Shown piece by piece: positions 1 through 9,041 of a DNA stretch of 42,636 nucleotides. This DNA is from Candidatus Pacearchaeota archaeon (lineage in GTDB: Archaea; Nanobdellota; Nanobdellia; Pacearchaeales; GW2011-AR1). The stretch covers positions 1 through 42,636 of the forward strand of contig JAGVWR010000016.1 of assembly GCA_018304205.1 (NCBI GenBank), in the 5' to 3' direction. The position numbers were made by a program, and so were the translations under genes. Under the pieces are notes generated by a model. It did no database searches and was not told where the DNA came from. It saw only the letters and a program-made list of their open reading frames with translations. Each line of letters opens with the position of its first letter. The stretch's first letter is position 1.

Positions 1-1
1 T

Positions 2-124
2 TTTGAGTTTAATAGAGATAATGAAAACTTTGAAAGATTTGATACATTTATTCCTACGAAATTTGCTTTTAAAGATTTTGCACACTGTTTTGAAAAGAAA
101 ATTTCTGGTTTAATATTTCTCTGA
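2..124 (+). CDS. Possible 3' end of an upstream gene running off the left edge; product unknown
   Basis: Frame is open from the window edge to TGA at 122-124, with purine-first codons rich in E/D/K/F like real genes here. The opposite strand (141->1) is also open, so strand is uncertain. Confidence 0.25.
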   Translation, partial: FEFNRDNENFERFDTFIPTKFAFKDFAHCFEKKISGLIFL

Positions 125-269
125 TTGTAGTTAAAAAACATTATAGTTAGGGATTTATAATTTAACTTGTTTTTCACATAGAAAGCCGTTGTTACGCTGT
201 CTATGCCTCCTGAACATAGTACAATTGCGTTCTTTTCTTGTTTTTTTACCATCATTCGACAAACTTCCA

Positions 270-282
270 AAACTTTATAAAT
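270..282 (+). promoter_or_regulatory. BRE/TATA-like box AAACTTTATAAAT
   Basis: The 13-mer is identical to the one upstream of the S-layer gene (30566-30578). Its centre is ~25 nt upstream of ATG 303, implying a leaderless transcript. Confidence 0.5.
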
Positions 283-302
283 TTGATTCATCCAGAATTA
301 TT

Positions 303-497
303 ATGAAGAAACAGGCAAAAGACCTAAAAATTGGAGATAAAATAAAAGTAGCTGGAAAAATCGCAATGATAAAGGAATTTGAATTATCTGATATTGGAAA
401 ACAAGGAAGCAAAAAATGTAGAATCGTTGCTGAAATGGATAACTCTGAGAAAGTTGTTATAATAAGGCCAGATAATTATCCTTTTGATACTGAATAA
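303..497 (+). CDS. Small (64 aa) protein resembling only the N-terminal SH3-like/KOW domain of translation factor aIF5A
   Basis: LKIGDKIKVAGKIAMIKEFELSDIGKQGSKKCRIV parallels the aIF5A pattern LKvGqyv.idG.pc.Iv..s.SKpGKHG.AKarv. ATG at 303 is preferred over the TTG at 189 because of the TATA box position. Confidence 0.45.
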   Translation: MKKQAKDLKIGDKIKVAGKIAMIKEFELSDIGKQGSKKCRIVAEMDNSEKVVIIRPDNYPFDTE

Positions 498-498
498 T

Positions 499-1404
499 AT
501 GATAGACATAATAATAACTTCTTATAAAGAACCTAACTCAACTCTTAGAGCGGTTAATGCTTTTTTGAAACAAAAAATAAAGGAAGATTTTAGAATAACT
601 GTTGTTGATCCTTTTCCCGAAGTAGGTGAATTTTTAAAGAAGAAAATAAAAGATACTAGATTTGTCTTTTACTTAGATTCTGGTGAGGGAAAGGCATATG
701 CTTTGAACTTGTTATTTCAAGAATATGGCTCGGATAATAAGAACGATTTATTTATTCTGACTGACGGAGATGTATATGTTTCTGAAAACTCAGTAAAGGA
801 AATAACAGATAAATTTAAAGATGAGAAAATTGGCTGCGTTACGGGAAAACCCTTAAGTGTTGATTCGCGAAATACAAAATATGGATTTTGGACTATAGTT
901 GCTTTTGCGGGAATAGATAAAGTAAGAAAAAGACTTGCAAAAGAGAAAAAATTCTTTGAGTGCTCTGGATATTTATTTGCAATAAGAAAATCTGTAATTT
1001 TTGACTTTCCTTTGGAAACAAGTGAGGACTCTATAATACCCTATTTGTTTTGGAAGAAAGGATACTTAATTGATTATGCGGACAAAGCAAAAGTATATGT
1101 GAAGAACCCTTCAAACTGGAAAGATTGGTTGAATCAAAAAGTAAGAAATGTTAAGGCTCATGAAAACTTAAATAAAATTGCTCCGGAAATGCCTAGAACT
1201 AAATCATTAATGAATGAAATTAAGGAAGGTGCGTTTTTTGCAATTCGTCAGCCTAAAAATTTGAAAGAATTTTTCTGGGTAATACAGCTTTATTTCGCAA
1301 GGCTTTATTTATACATAAAAACTTTCAAGGAATTGAAAAAGAAAGAAGCCTATAAGGATGGCTGGAGAGAGACTGAAATTGAAAGTACGAAACCTTTGGA
1401 TTAA
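499..1404 (+). CDS. Family 2 glycosyltransferase
   Basis: N-terminal IIITSYKEPNS GT-A start and DxD-like LTDGDVYV. ATG 499 lies just after the upstream stop; the ORF-track start at 484 is a TTG. Confidence 0.8.
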   Translation: MIDIIITSYKEPNSTLRAVNAFLKQKIKEDFRITVVDPFPEVGEFLKKKIKDTRFVFYLDSGEGKAYALNLLFQEYGSDNKNDLFILTDGDVYVSENSVKEITDKFKDEKIGCVTGKPLSVDSRNTKYGFWTIVAFAGIDKVRKRLAKEKKFFECSGYLFAIRKSVIFDFPLETSEDSIIPYLFWKKGYLIDYADKAKVYVKNPSNWKDWLNQKVRNVKAHENLNKIAPEMPRTKSLMNEIKEGAFFAIRQPKNLKEFFWVIQLYFARLYLYIKTFKELKKKEAYKDGWRETEIESTKPLD

Positions 1405-1405
1405 T

Positions 1406-1813
1406 TCATTCTTTAATTTTCATTATTTCTTCTTTAAGTTGATCTAGAGAATTAACGATTGTCATGGAAGCAATTAGGATTGCGCTAAGGTATTCAAGTG
1501 CGTCGCTTGGTGATTCGTCTGTCTTTATGCCTATTGCTGGAATGCCTTTTGCATAAGCATAACCTAGTTCCCAGGCTGTACCTGCTCCAACATGAAGTCC
1601 ATCAAGTAAAGCTACTATTAAGTTTGCATCTTCTAAACCTTCTGTAATGTCTCCTTTGAAGATAGTATCTACATCCTCCATTGTTTTTGCAAATCCTATG
1701 TCTCTGTGAGGAAGAAAAGTCTGAAATCCCAAAGATTTACATAAAACCTCTATTTTTTCAAGTGTCTCTCTTTCAGTATCTGTTCCGATCTTGCCTGCTA
1801 TGTATACTTTCAT
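1406..1813 (-). CDS. Nucleoside 2-deoxyribosyltransferase family protein
   Basis: MKVYIAGKI start and GTAWELGYAYAKGIP motif with the catalytic Glu; size of 135 aa fits the family. Confidence 0.75.
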   Translation of the reverse strand: MKVYIAGKIGTDTERETLEKIEVLCKSLGFQTFLPHRDIGFAKTMEDVDTIFKGDITEGLEDANLIVALLDGLHVGAGTAWELGYAYAKGIPAIGIKTDESPSDALEYLSAILIASMTIVNSLDQLKEEIMKIKE

Positions 1814-1883
1814 AATTTTCCTATTATTATCTAAGTTAAAAGGTTTTGGATAACCTTAAAAATAATCCTAGTTATCAAATTAC

Positions 1884-3176
1884 ATGGAAATATTGATTAT
1901 AAAGTTAGGAGCAAAGGGCGATGTAATAAGAACTATTTGTTTAGCAACTGCTTTAAAAAGAAAATATGAAAACTGCAAAATAACCTGGATAACTAAGAAA
2001 AACAATAGAGATTTACTTACTAATCATCCAGACATGGACTCTGTTTTAAGTATGGAAGATAATCCTACTTTTAATATAAATTTCGATCATTTATACAATT
2101 TTGATATAGAAAAGGAAGCTTCTGACTTGGCAATTAGAGCGAAAGCTGGAAAAAAGTATGGGTTTTATGTTGAAAATGATTTTGCGGTTGCATTTAATCT
2201 TGGTGCTGAATACTATATTAATACTATATTTGATGATGAACTTAAGAAAAACAATAAAAAAACATATCAAGAGATGATGTTTGAAGCTGCTGAACTTGGA
2301 TATGAAAAAATATTACCTAAAATATATTTAAATGATAAGGATAAAGAATATGCTGAAAACTTTGCAAAGAAAAATTCTGTTAAAACCGAAAAATTAATAG
2401 GCATTCATATGGGTTCTTCTCCAAGATGGCCATCAAAAATATGGTCTGAGACAAAGATAAAAGAATTCATAAAAAAGGCTAAGAAAGAAGGTTATGAAGT
2501 GCTTTTATTTGGAGGGCCTAATGAATTAGAAAGACAGGATAAATTATTCAATGAACTTAAAAATGAAGAAATAAATATTTTGAGAAATGATGTGAAAAAT
2601 ACTGACCGAGAATTTGCTTCCCTTGTTGATTTATGTAAGGTTATGATTTGCTCTGATAGTTTTGCATTACACGTTGCTCTTGGCTTGCAAAAGAAAACAA
2701 TTGGTTTGTTCTTCTGCACAAACCCTAATGAGATAGAATCTTATGGACTGCTTACAAAAATTGTATCGAAGAAATTATGGGATTTTTTCCCTGAAAGAAT
2801 GGATGAATTTGATGAGGACTTGGTAAATAGTGTAAGTGCGGATGAAGTTTTTAATGAAGTTAAGAAATCTATTACCTTTGACCCATCTATCTTACTAAAA
2901 ATAGATGAAGGAGATATTGTTAATATAAATAACATTTCTTTAGAAGTTCTAAGGATAGACAGCGAAGTAAATGTTGATAGGAGTACTGAAGAAATAAAGG
3001 TAACAGATGCTGGGAGAAATATGTTTCTTAAAGATGGAGATAATAATGAGTACCATATATGGGTAAGCCAAGATTTAAAAGAAATAAACTTGGAAAAAAT
3101 AAAAAGAAAATTCATAAGCGAACCGTGGGATTACGAAATTATTGAGGAAATAAATTTGCTAAATAGCAAACAATAA
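1884..3176 (+). CDS. Family 9 (heptosyltransferase-like) glycosyltransferase with ~100-aa C-terminal extension
   Basis: ILIIKLGAKGDVIRT, SPRWPSKIWS..EGYEVLLFGGPNE and ICSDSFALHVALGL..IGLF match GT9 signatures. Residues ~335-430 extend beyond the GT9 fold. Confidence 0.75.
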   Translation: MEILIIKLGAKGDVIRTICLATALKRKYENCKITWITKKNNRDLLTNHPDMDSVLSMEDNPTFNINFDHLYNFDIEKEASDLAIRAKAGKKYGFYVENDFAVAFNLGAEYYINTIFDDELKKNNKKTYQEMMFEAAELGYEKILPKIYLNDKDKEYAENFAKKNSVKTEKLIGIHMGSSPRWPSKIWSETKIKEFIKKAKKEGYEVLLFGGPNELERQDKLFNELKNEEINILRNDVKNTDREFASLVDLCKVMICSDSFALHVALGLQKKTIGLFFCTNPNEIESYGLLTKIVSKKLWDFFPERMDEFDEDLVNSVSADEVFNEVKKSITFDPSILLKIDEGDIVNINNISLEVLRIDSEVNVDRSTEEIKVTDAGRNMFLKDGDNNEYHIWVSQDLKEINLEKIKRKFISEPWDYEIIEEINLLNSKQ

Positions 3177-3201
3177 AAAGATGGGTTTCTAGAGGATAAT
3201 A

Positions 3202-4695
3202 ATGAATAAGAGTGATGAAAGAAATGAAAAAGTGAAGAATTGGCTTAAACAGCCTCTCAACTTGGCTTTGCTAGGAGTTTTTGCTTTTGCCTTCTTTATT
3301 AGAATGTTTTATTTTAATTTAACTAAATTGCAGCCTTTATGGTGGGATGAGGCTGCTTATGGAATGCTTGCAAAGAATTTTATTTCTCATGCTTGGGATG
3401 CTAGTGATATAGTAATTGGAGAACTTACTATAAGACCTCCGTTTTTCCCTTTGATATGGAGTTACTTACTTAGAATTGGTTTAGATGAAATTGGAGTTAG
3501 GTTCATTTTAGAATTTGTTCCTTCTGTTTTGGCTGTTTTATTTGTTTACTTAATAGGGAAGGAGTTGTATGATCAAAAAATAGGCATAATTTCTGCTGCT
3601 ATTTTTGCTCCTTTGTGGATTCATTTATTTTATTCAAGTAGACTATTAACAGATGTGCCTGCATTAGTTTTTATTTTGGCTGGAATGTTCTTCTTCTTGA
3701 AAAGTACAAAGAATAAATTTGTTCCAAAACTGTTTGTAGTATCATTAATATTAACTAGTATAGGAACATTGTTTAGGTATCCTCATGGATTGATATTTTT
3801 CGTTTATGCTGCATTTATTTTATTGACTGGAAAGATTGTTCTATTAAAAGATAAAAAATTTTGGATAACTGGAATAGCTGGACTTGTTCCAATGTGGATA
3901 TTTTTCTTAGTTAATTATGTAAAAACGGGAAACATATTCCCTGCACTTCTTGGAGGAGGGTATGCTGAGGCAGTTAGTCAAAGTTTTGCGTTTAATATTT
4001 TATCTTTTATTCCTCTTTATTTGAAAGCAATATTCTTCATATTCTTCTTAGTTGGATTGGCTGTTAGTTTATTTGAGATATTCTTAGGATATGATCAATT
4101 AAAAACACATGAAAGGATAAAGAGTCATCTATTTAATATTCTCTCGATTGTTATAATATATTCTTACTTTATATTTAAGATTAGAGGAGCTGAAGATAGA
4201 TGGCTTATGATATTAGGATTTAGTTTTGTAAGCTTAAGTGCGCTTGGAATTGATTATGCTTACGGATTTGTTAAGAAATATAACAAAAATATAGCCGTTA
4301 TAGGACTAATTGTTGTTGTATTGTTTGGAATGTATAGTCAAGTAATATTTGGAAAGGATGTAATAGATCAAAGAAGAGAAAGTTTCTCACAAATGAGAGA
4401 AGGATTTGAGTGGATAGAAGCAAATACTCCTCCTGATGCTGTTATACTCGGGCAGGGAATTGAGGTTTATTCCCTTTATTATTCTGGAAGAATGTATGAG
4501 AAACTTAAGCCAATAGGAAATACAAGCGAATTTGAGCCTGTAAAGGCACAATATTTAGTATTACATGCTTTTGTTCCACAAGATCAATTGCAAGGCTATT
4601 TGAACAATAATTATGATAAGTGGGAAGCAATAAACGCCTTCTTCTTTGATAAAGAGCAAAAACAGGCCGCCTTAATAATTTATAAAGCCAAATAG
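3202..4695 (+). CDS. GT-C fold membrane glycosyltransferase (GT39/PMT / ArnT-like)
   Basis: About 11-12 predicted TM helices followed by a soluble C-terminal domain. The first loop carries the acidic motif LWWDEAAYG typical of polyprenyl-phosphate-sugar-dependent GT-C enzymes. Confidence 0.7.
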   Translation: MNKSDERNEKVKNWLKQPLNLALLGVFAFAFFIRMFYFNLTKLQPLWWDEAAYGMLAKNFISHAWDASDIVIGELTIRPPFFPLIWSYLLRIGLDEIGVRFILEFVPSVLAVLFVYLIGKELYDQKIGIISAAIFAPLWIHLFYSSRLLTDVPALVFILAGMFFFLKSTKNKFVPKLFVVSLILTSIGTLFRYPHGLIFFVYAAFILLTGKIVLLKDKKFWITGIAGLVPMWIFFLVNYVKTGNIFPALLGGGYAEAVSQSFAFNILSFIPLYLKAIFFIFFLVGLAVSLFEIFLGYDQLKTHERIKSHLFNILSIVIIYSYFIFKIRGAEDRWLMILGFSFVSLSALGIDYAYGFVKKYNKNIAVIGLIVVVLFGMYSQVIFGKDVIDQRRESFSQMREGFEWIEANTPPDAVILGQGIEVYSLYYSGRMYEKLKPIGNTSEFEPVKAQYLVLHAFVPQDQLQGYLNNNYDKWEAINAFFFDKEQKQAALIIYKAK

Positions 4696-4707
4696 TTAGG
4701 TGAAAAC

Positions 4708-5451
4708 ATGAAAACTATAGATTATTATGAGCATTGGAATAAGGTTAGAAAGAAAAAGACTGAATTATTGGATAGAGAGAAGATTTCTTTTGGAATGATA
4801 AAAAATATTATGGGAAAGAACAAAAAGTTTATTGACATGGGGTGTGGAAATGGAGATTTCTTAATTTTTTTAAAAAAATACTTTGATAAGACGAAGATAG
4901 ACATCAAATTAAAGGGGATTGATTATTCTCCAAGTGAAGTTAAAGAAGCTAAACATATGGGGCTTGACGTTGAGCAATCTAATTTTGAGGAAGGAATAAA
5001 GCTCAAAGATAGTTATGATGTTGCTTATGCCGGAGAGGTTATAGAACATTTGTATAATCCTGATTTGCTTTTGTCTGAAACAAATAAAATTCTTAAAAAT
5101 GGAGGTTATGTGATAATTACTACTCCAAATTTATGCGCCTGGTTTAATAGGATATTAATGCCATTTGGAGTTCAGCCGCTATTTTTAGAACCTTCAACTA
5201 AATCAAAGCTTGTTGGATCTGGATTTTTGAAGAGATTTAAGAAGGGACACGAACCGGTTGGGCACATAAGAATTTTTACTCTTGCTGCTCTTAAAGATTT
5301 ACTTAAAATGAATGGATTTAAAATCATTGATGTAAAGGGAGCGATATATGATGAAGGTTTTCCTGGAAGTATACAGCTTGTTGATAAGTTCTTCAATCTC
5401 TTCCCGACACTTGCTTCTCACTTTGTTATCTTAGCTAAAAAGGTAAAGTAA
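4708..5451 (+). CDS. Class I SAM-dependent methyltransferase
   Basis: Motif I FIDMGCGNGDF and post-I/II region YAGEVIEHL. GGTGA Shine-Dalgarno-like sequence lies upstream. Confidence 0.8.
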   Translation: MKTIDYYEHWNKVRKKKTELLDREKISFGMIKNIMGKNKKFIDMGCGNGDFLIFLKKYFDKTKIDIKLKGIDYSPSEVKEAKHMGLDVEQSNFEEGIKLKDSYDVAYAGEVIEHLYNPDLLLSETNKILKNGGYVIITTPNLCAWFNRILMPFGVQPLFLEPSTKSKLVGSGFLKRFKKGHEPVGHIRIFTLAALKDLLKMNGFKIIDVKGAIYDEGFPGSIQLVDKFFNLFPTLASHFVILAKKVK

Positions 5452-5452
5452 T

Positions 5453-5893
5453 TTATTTATTATAACTATCAACGTAATCAAAAATAATATCTAAAATTTT
5501 AACACTATCCTTATGAGTTGACTTTCTTTTTGAAATAACTCTTTTAAAAGAAAGTTTATCTGTGAGATAACTTCTATCAATTAATCTCCTATGTTTTCTA
5601 AATATTTCTTTAAATATTTCTTCTTCATGAGCCTTCAAATTTCTCTGGGATAAATACTCAGAAGCTGCACTTTTTATAATTCTGTGTTCTTTACGTGACT
5701 CTTGAGATATTGTTTGATTTAATAAAAATAGGTTCTCTTTGTATGTTCTTACCCATGGAAATATTTTACCGAAAATATTATCACTTTCTATCATTAAAGA
5801 ACGCTCTAGTTCAAGAAAAACTTCTAAGTATATAAAATTGAATGCTTCTCTTGATCTTCTTATTTGTTCTAAACAATTATTCTTTGTATTCAC
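5453..5893 (-). CDS. Hypothetical helical protein (GTG start)
   Basis: Long ORF with no recognisable motif. The start codon at 5893 is GTG; the first internal ATG is at codon 34. Confidence 0.45.
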   Translation of the reverse strand: MNTKNNCLEQIRRSREAFNFIYLEVFLELERSLMIESDNIFGKIFPWVRTYKENLFLLNQTISQESRKEHRIIKSAASEYLSQRNLKAHEEEIFKEIFRKHRRLIDRSYLTDKLSFKRVISKRKSTHKDSVKILDIIFDYVDSYNK

Positions 5894-5982
5894 AAAAAAC
5901 AGTTTTTAAGCTATATTATAAATGTTTAGTTAGATCGAATTAACACAATAATCCTTAAAAATGGCATATTTCTGACATTTTA

Positions 5983-6972
5983 ATGAAAGCTCTTATAACT
6001 GGGGCAGCAGGATTTATGGGAACTAATCTATCTATAAGATTATTAAAAAACCCTAATAATAAAATTATCGGTGTAGACTCTTTAATAAGGAAGGGATCGG
6101 AAGAAAACCTAAAACTTTTTGAAAGGGAGAAGAGATTCAAATTTTACCAAGCTGATATTGATTATATTGAAAAAATAATAAAGAAAACTAAACCAGATGT
6201 TGTTTATCATCTTGCTGCTCAAGTTGCAGTTACATCAAGTGTTGAAAATCCAAAAATGGATTTTGAAATAAATGCTTTGGGAACTTTAAGAGTTGTTAAT
6301 ACTGCTTCACAAATCAAAGCCCCAGTGATTTATACATCTACTAATAAAGTCTATGGGGACAATTTAAATAAAGTTCCAACAATTGAATTAGTGACTAGAT
6401 ATGATTTTGGAGGAAAATTAAGGAAAAAAGGAATTGGCGAAACATTTTCTATTGATGCAAAACATCACACTCCTTACGGATGCTCTAAATTAACTGGGGA
6501 TATTTATGTTAGAGATTTTGGAGGAATTGTTAATAGGTGTTCTTGTATGTACGGTGTTCATCAACATGGAACTAGTGATCAAGGATGGCTTTCATATTTT
6601 GCAAAAAATAAAATTCTTGGAAAGGAAATTACAATATATGGAGATGGAAAACAAGTTAGAGATGCTGTACGCGATACGGATGTTACTAGATTACTTGAAA
6701 TGCAAGGCAAGGCTTTACTTGATGGAAGAAATGAATTGAGAGGGGAGGTATTTAATGTTGGCGGAGGATACAAGAATACTATTTCTTTACTTGAACTTTG
6801 CACTTTGTGGGATATAAAGCCTAAATTTAAGGGCTGGAGACCTAGCGATCAGAAAGTGTTTTATTGTGATACATCAAAGGCGGATAAGATGCTTAATTGG
6901 AGACCGGAGATAGACTTAAAAACAGGTCTAGATGAACTTTTTAGATGGACGAACAGAAATCAATATACCTAA
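5983..6972 (+). CDS. NAD-dependent sugar epimerase/dehydratase (extended SDR; CDP-paratose 2-epimerase-like)
   Basis: Rossmann motif ITGAAGFMGTNL and catalytic YGCSK (YxxxK). HQHGTSDQGWLSYF resembles the paratose/tyvelose epimerase subgroup. Confidence 0.8.
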   Translation: MKALITGAAGFMGTNLSIRLLKNPNNKIIGVDSLIRKGSEENLKLFEREKRFKFYQADIDYIEKIIKKTKPDVVYHLAAQVAVTSSVENPKMDFEINALGTLRVVNTASQIKAPVIYTSTNKVYGDNLNKVPTIELVTRYDFGGKLRKKGIGETFSIDAKHHTPYGCSKLTGDIYVRDFGGIVNRCSCMYGVHQHGTSDQGWLSYFAKNKILGKEITIYGDGKQVRDAVRDTDVTRLLEMQGKALLDGRNELRGEVFNVGGGYKNTISLLELCTLWDIKPKFKGWRPSDQKVFYCDTSKADKMLNWRPEIDLKTGLDELFRWTNRNQYT

Positions 6973-8096
6973 TATATGAATTTTTATCGGAGCAGGGCGG
7001 ATTAGAAAGAGAAATAATAAACCATGCCAATTTTCTTAAGAAAGAGGGATATAAAGTTAAGATTCTAACTTGCCACTTTGACAAAAAGATATTAAAATTA
7101 TTGCCTTTTGATGGATTAAAGATCGAGAGTATCAGTAAAATAAATACTAGAATGGAGACACTTAATCTTGTTCTATGCTTTTTAGGGTTAAACAAACTTG
7201 AAAAATATAATCCCAACGCATTCCTAAGTTATAGTGCGCCATGTAATTTTCTTATTAGAAATAAGAAAACTAAAAGAGTCAATTACATAAATCATTTTCC
7301 TCACTTTCTTTATCTACGGGGAAAAGAAAAAATAGAATGGGCTAAAGGGACTCAAGGAGTAAAAAGATGGATAAGTGTATTTCTTTCTTTTATTTTAGGA
7401 AAATTGCTAAGAAAGGTTGATTTAAAACTTGTGAAAAAAAATAATTTAAACTTTGTAAATAGCAAATTTACTAAGAAAACCCTAGATAAGATTTACAAAC
7501 TTAATTCTATCGTAAGTTATCCTCCTTTAGATCCTAGATTTAGACTATCAAAGAAAAAAATAAATGAAAAATTCATATTTAGTTCAAGCAGAATTATCCC
7601 TGATAAGAAATACGAGTGGCTTATAAAATCAATTAGTTATATGAAAAACAAGTTGCCTTTGTACTTGGCAGGAAGTGTAAATGATAATTATAAAAGAAAA
7701 CTTATTAACACTGCCAAAGACAATAAAGTTAAAATAAAGTTTCTTGGAAAGCTTACAACTGAGGAAATAATAAAATATTATACTTCTGCACTTGCGTTCG
7801 CATTTGCAACACCAAAAGAGGATTTTGGTCTAGTTCCTGTAGAAAGTTTATCGTGTGGAACGCCAGTTGTAATCTGGGGAGATGGGGCTGGGCCTACTGA
7901 GCAGATTATTGATGGTATTAATGGTTACTATGCTAAACCTTATGATCTTAAAGATTTTGCAAATAAATTAGACTTGCTTATTGATAATAATTTAAAATCA
8001 AAGAATAAAAAGAAGATAGTTGATTCAAGTAAGAAGTTTTCTGCGAATTATGTTAAGAAGGATTTTGTAAAGAAGATAAATGAAATATTAAAGTAA
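6945..8096 (+). CDS. GT4-type (Glycos_transf_1) glycosyltransferase
   Basis: N-terminal GGLEREIINHANFLKKEGYKV and C-terminal EDFGLVPVESLSCGTPVV (E-x7-E). Overlaps the upstream gene by 28 nt. Confidence 0.8.
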   Translation: MDEQKSIYLIYEFLSEQGGLEREIINHANFLKKEGYKVKILTCHFDKKILKLLPFDGLKIESISKINTRMETLNLVLCFLGLNKLEKYNPNAFLSYSAPCNFLIRNKKTKRVNYINHFPHFLYLRGKEKIEWAKGTQGVKRWISVFLSFILGKLLRKVDLKLVKKNNLNFVNSKFTKKTLDKIYKLNSIVSYPPLDPRFRLSKKKINEKFIFSSSRIIPDKKYEWLIKSISYMKNKLPLYLAGSVNDNYKRKLINTAKDNKVKIKFLGKLTTEEIIKYYTSALAFAFATPKEDFGLVPVESLSCGTPVVIWGDGAGPTEQIIDGINGYYAKPYDLKDFANKLDLLIDNNLKSKNKKKIVDSSKKFSANYVKKDFVKKINEILK

Positions 8097-8097
8097 T

Positions 8098-9024
8098 TTA
8101 TCTAGCTCGCAGTTTCCAACCTTCTTTTGTTCCAAAGGACTTGAATTTTACATATATGCTTGCTATTGAGGTAAGTGCAATCCAAAAAGTTACTATTGAT
8201 CCTTCAGTTATGTTAGATTTGAATGATTCTCTAAGCATATAGATTATAGAATCAGAGTAATATTTGTTTAACTTAAACTTTTTTTCTTTTTTTATTTGTT
8301 CCCTGGCCATAGCAGTTCTTATTTTTTGTTTGAATAGTTTTTTTATGCTGATATCATCATAAACAGCAATCATTCTTGGCATCTCTATATCATCAAATAG
8401 AACAATATCATAACCTTGACTTTTTATGTCTCTTGTTCTCTCAAAATCGTCTCCAAGAGAAGTGTTTTCTTTGAATAATTTCTTTCTAAATATGTTTGTT
8501 AGAAACATTGTTGGCTCTTTTATATAGTTTACATTGTTTTTTTTGTAAGTCAATCTTTCTTTTTGAAATTTAAACCAATAGAAAGAACTTAGAGCTATCA
8601 TTTTGTATCCTAAATTGGAACTTCCTAATTTTGTTTTTTCAAATTCAACTGGAAAGGATTCTGCTATTCCGCCAATTTTTTCATTTTTAAAGACAGACAG
8701 GAATTTAAGTAATTTTTCTTTAGTTTTTACGGTAAATATCCAGTCAGCGTCGTTAATTATGACTATTTCTCCCTTCGCTTTTTTTATTATATTGTTTATT
8801 ACTGCTGTTTTACCTTGTCTTAAATTTAGATTTATGTGCTTTATTTTTTTGTTGTTTTTTTCATAACTTTTTACTATCTCCTCTGTTTTATCTGTACACC
8901 CATCTAGACCAAGGATAATTTCATAATTCTTGTAAGGTATCTTTGATAGGTCTCGTAATGTTTTTGAGATTATTTTCTCTTCATTGTGTGCTGCGATCAA
9001 AAAAGATAGTTTTGTTTTTTCCAT
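8098..9024 (-). CDS. Family 2 glycosyltransferase
   Basis: LSFLIAAHNEEKII and INDADW (DxD), with a C-terminal hydrophobic segment. Confidence 0.8.
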   Translation of the reverse strand: MEKTKLSFLIAAHNEEKIISKTLRDLSKIPYKNYEIILGLDGCTDKTEEIVKSYEKNNKKIKHINLNLRQGKTAVINNIIKKAKGEIVIINDADWIFTVKTKEKLLKFLSVFKNEKIGGIAESFPVEFEKTKLGSSNLGYKMIALSSFYWFKFQKERLTYKKNNVNYIKEPTMFLTNIFRKKLFKENTSLGDDFERTRDIKSQGYDIVLFDDIEMPRMIAVYDDISIKKLFKQKIRTAMAREQIKKEKKFKLNKYYSDSIIYMLRESFKSNITEGSIVTFWIALTSIASIYVKFKSFGTKEGWKLRAR

Positions 9025-9041
9025 TGTATTGTTTTTGTCTT

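Noticed and set aside
1-141. Minus-strand ORF starting at ATG 141-139 and running off the left edge (MFFNYNQRNIKPEIFF...).
   Set aside because: It cannot be excluded, since a TATA-like AAATTATAAAT lies ~20 nt upstream. Its S/L/N-rich composition looks like a shadow of the plus-strand frame at 2-124. Too little sequence is available to decide.
189-302. N-terminal extensions proposed by the ORF track: TTG at 189 for the aIF5A-like gene, 30697 for the S-layer gene, 14141 for the flippase, 29007 and 29501 for pilin-like genes, 23879, 20651, 484 and 34416.
   Set aside because: The extensions start at TTG or GTG, or lie upstream of a clear TATA box, Shine-Dalgarno sequence or ATGA coupling site. 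They add non-homologous residues ahead of signal peptides or conserved N-termini.
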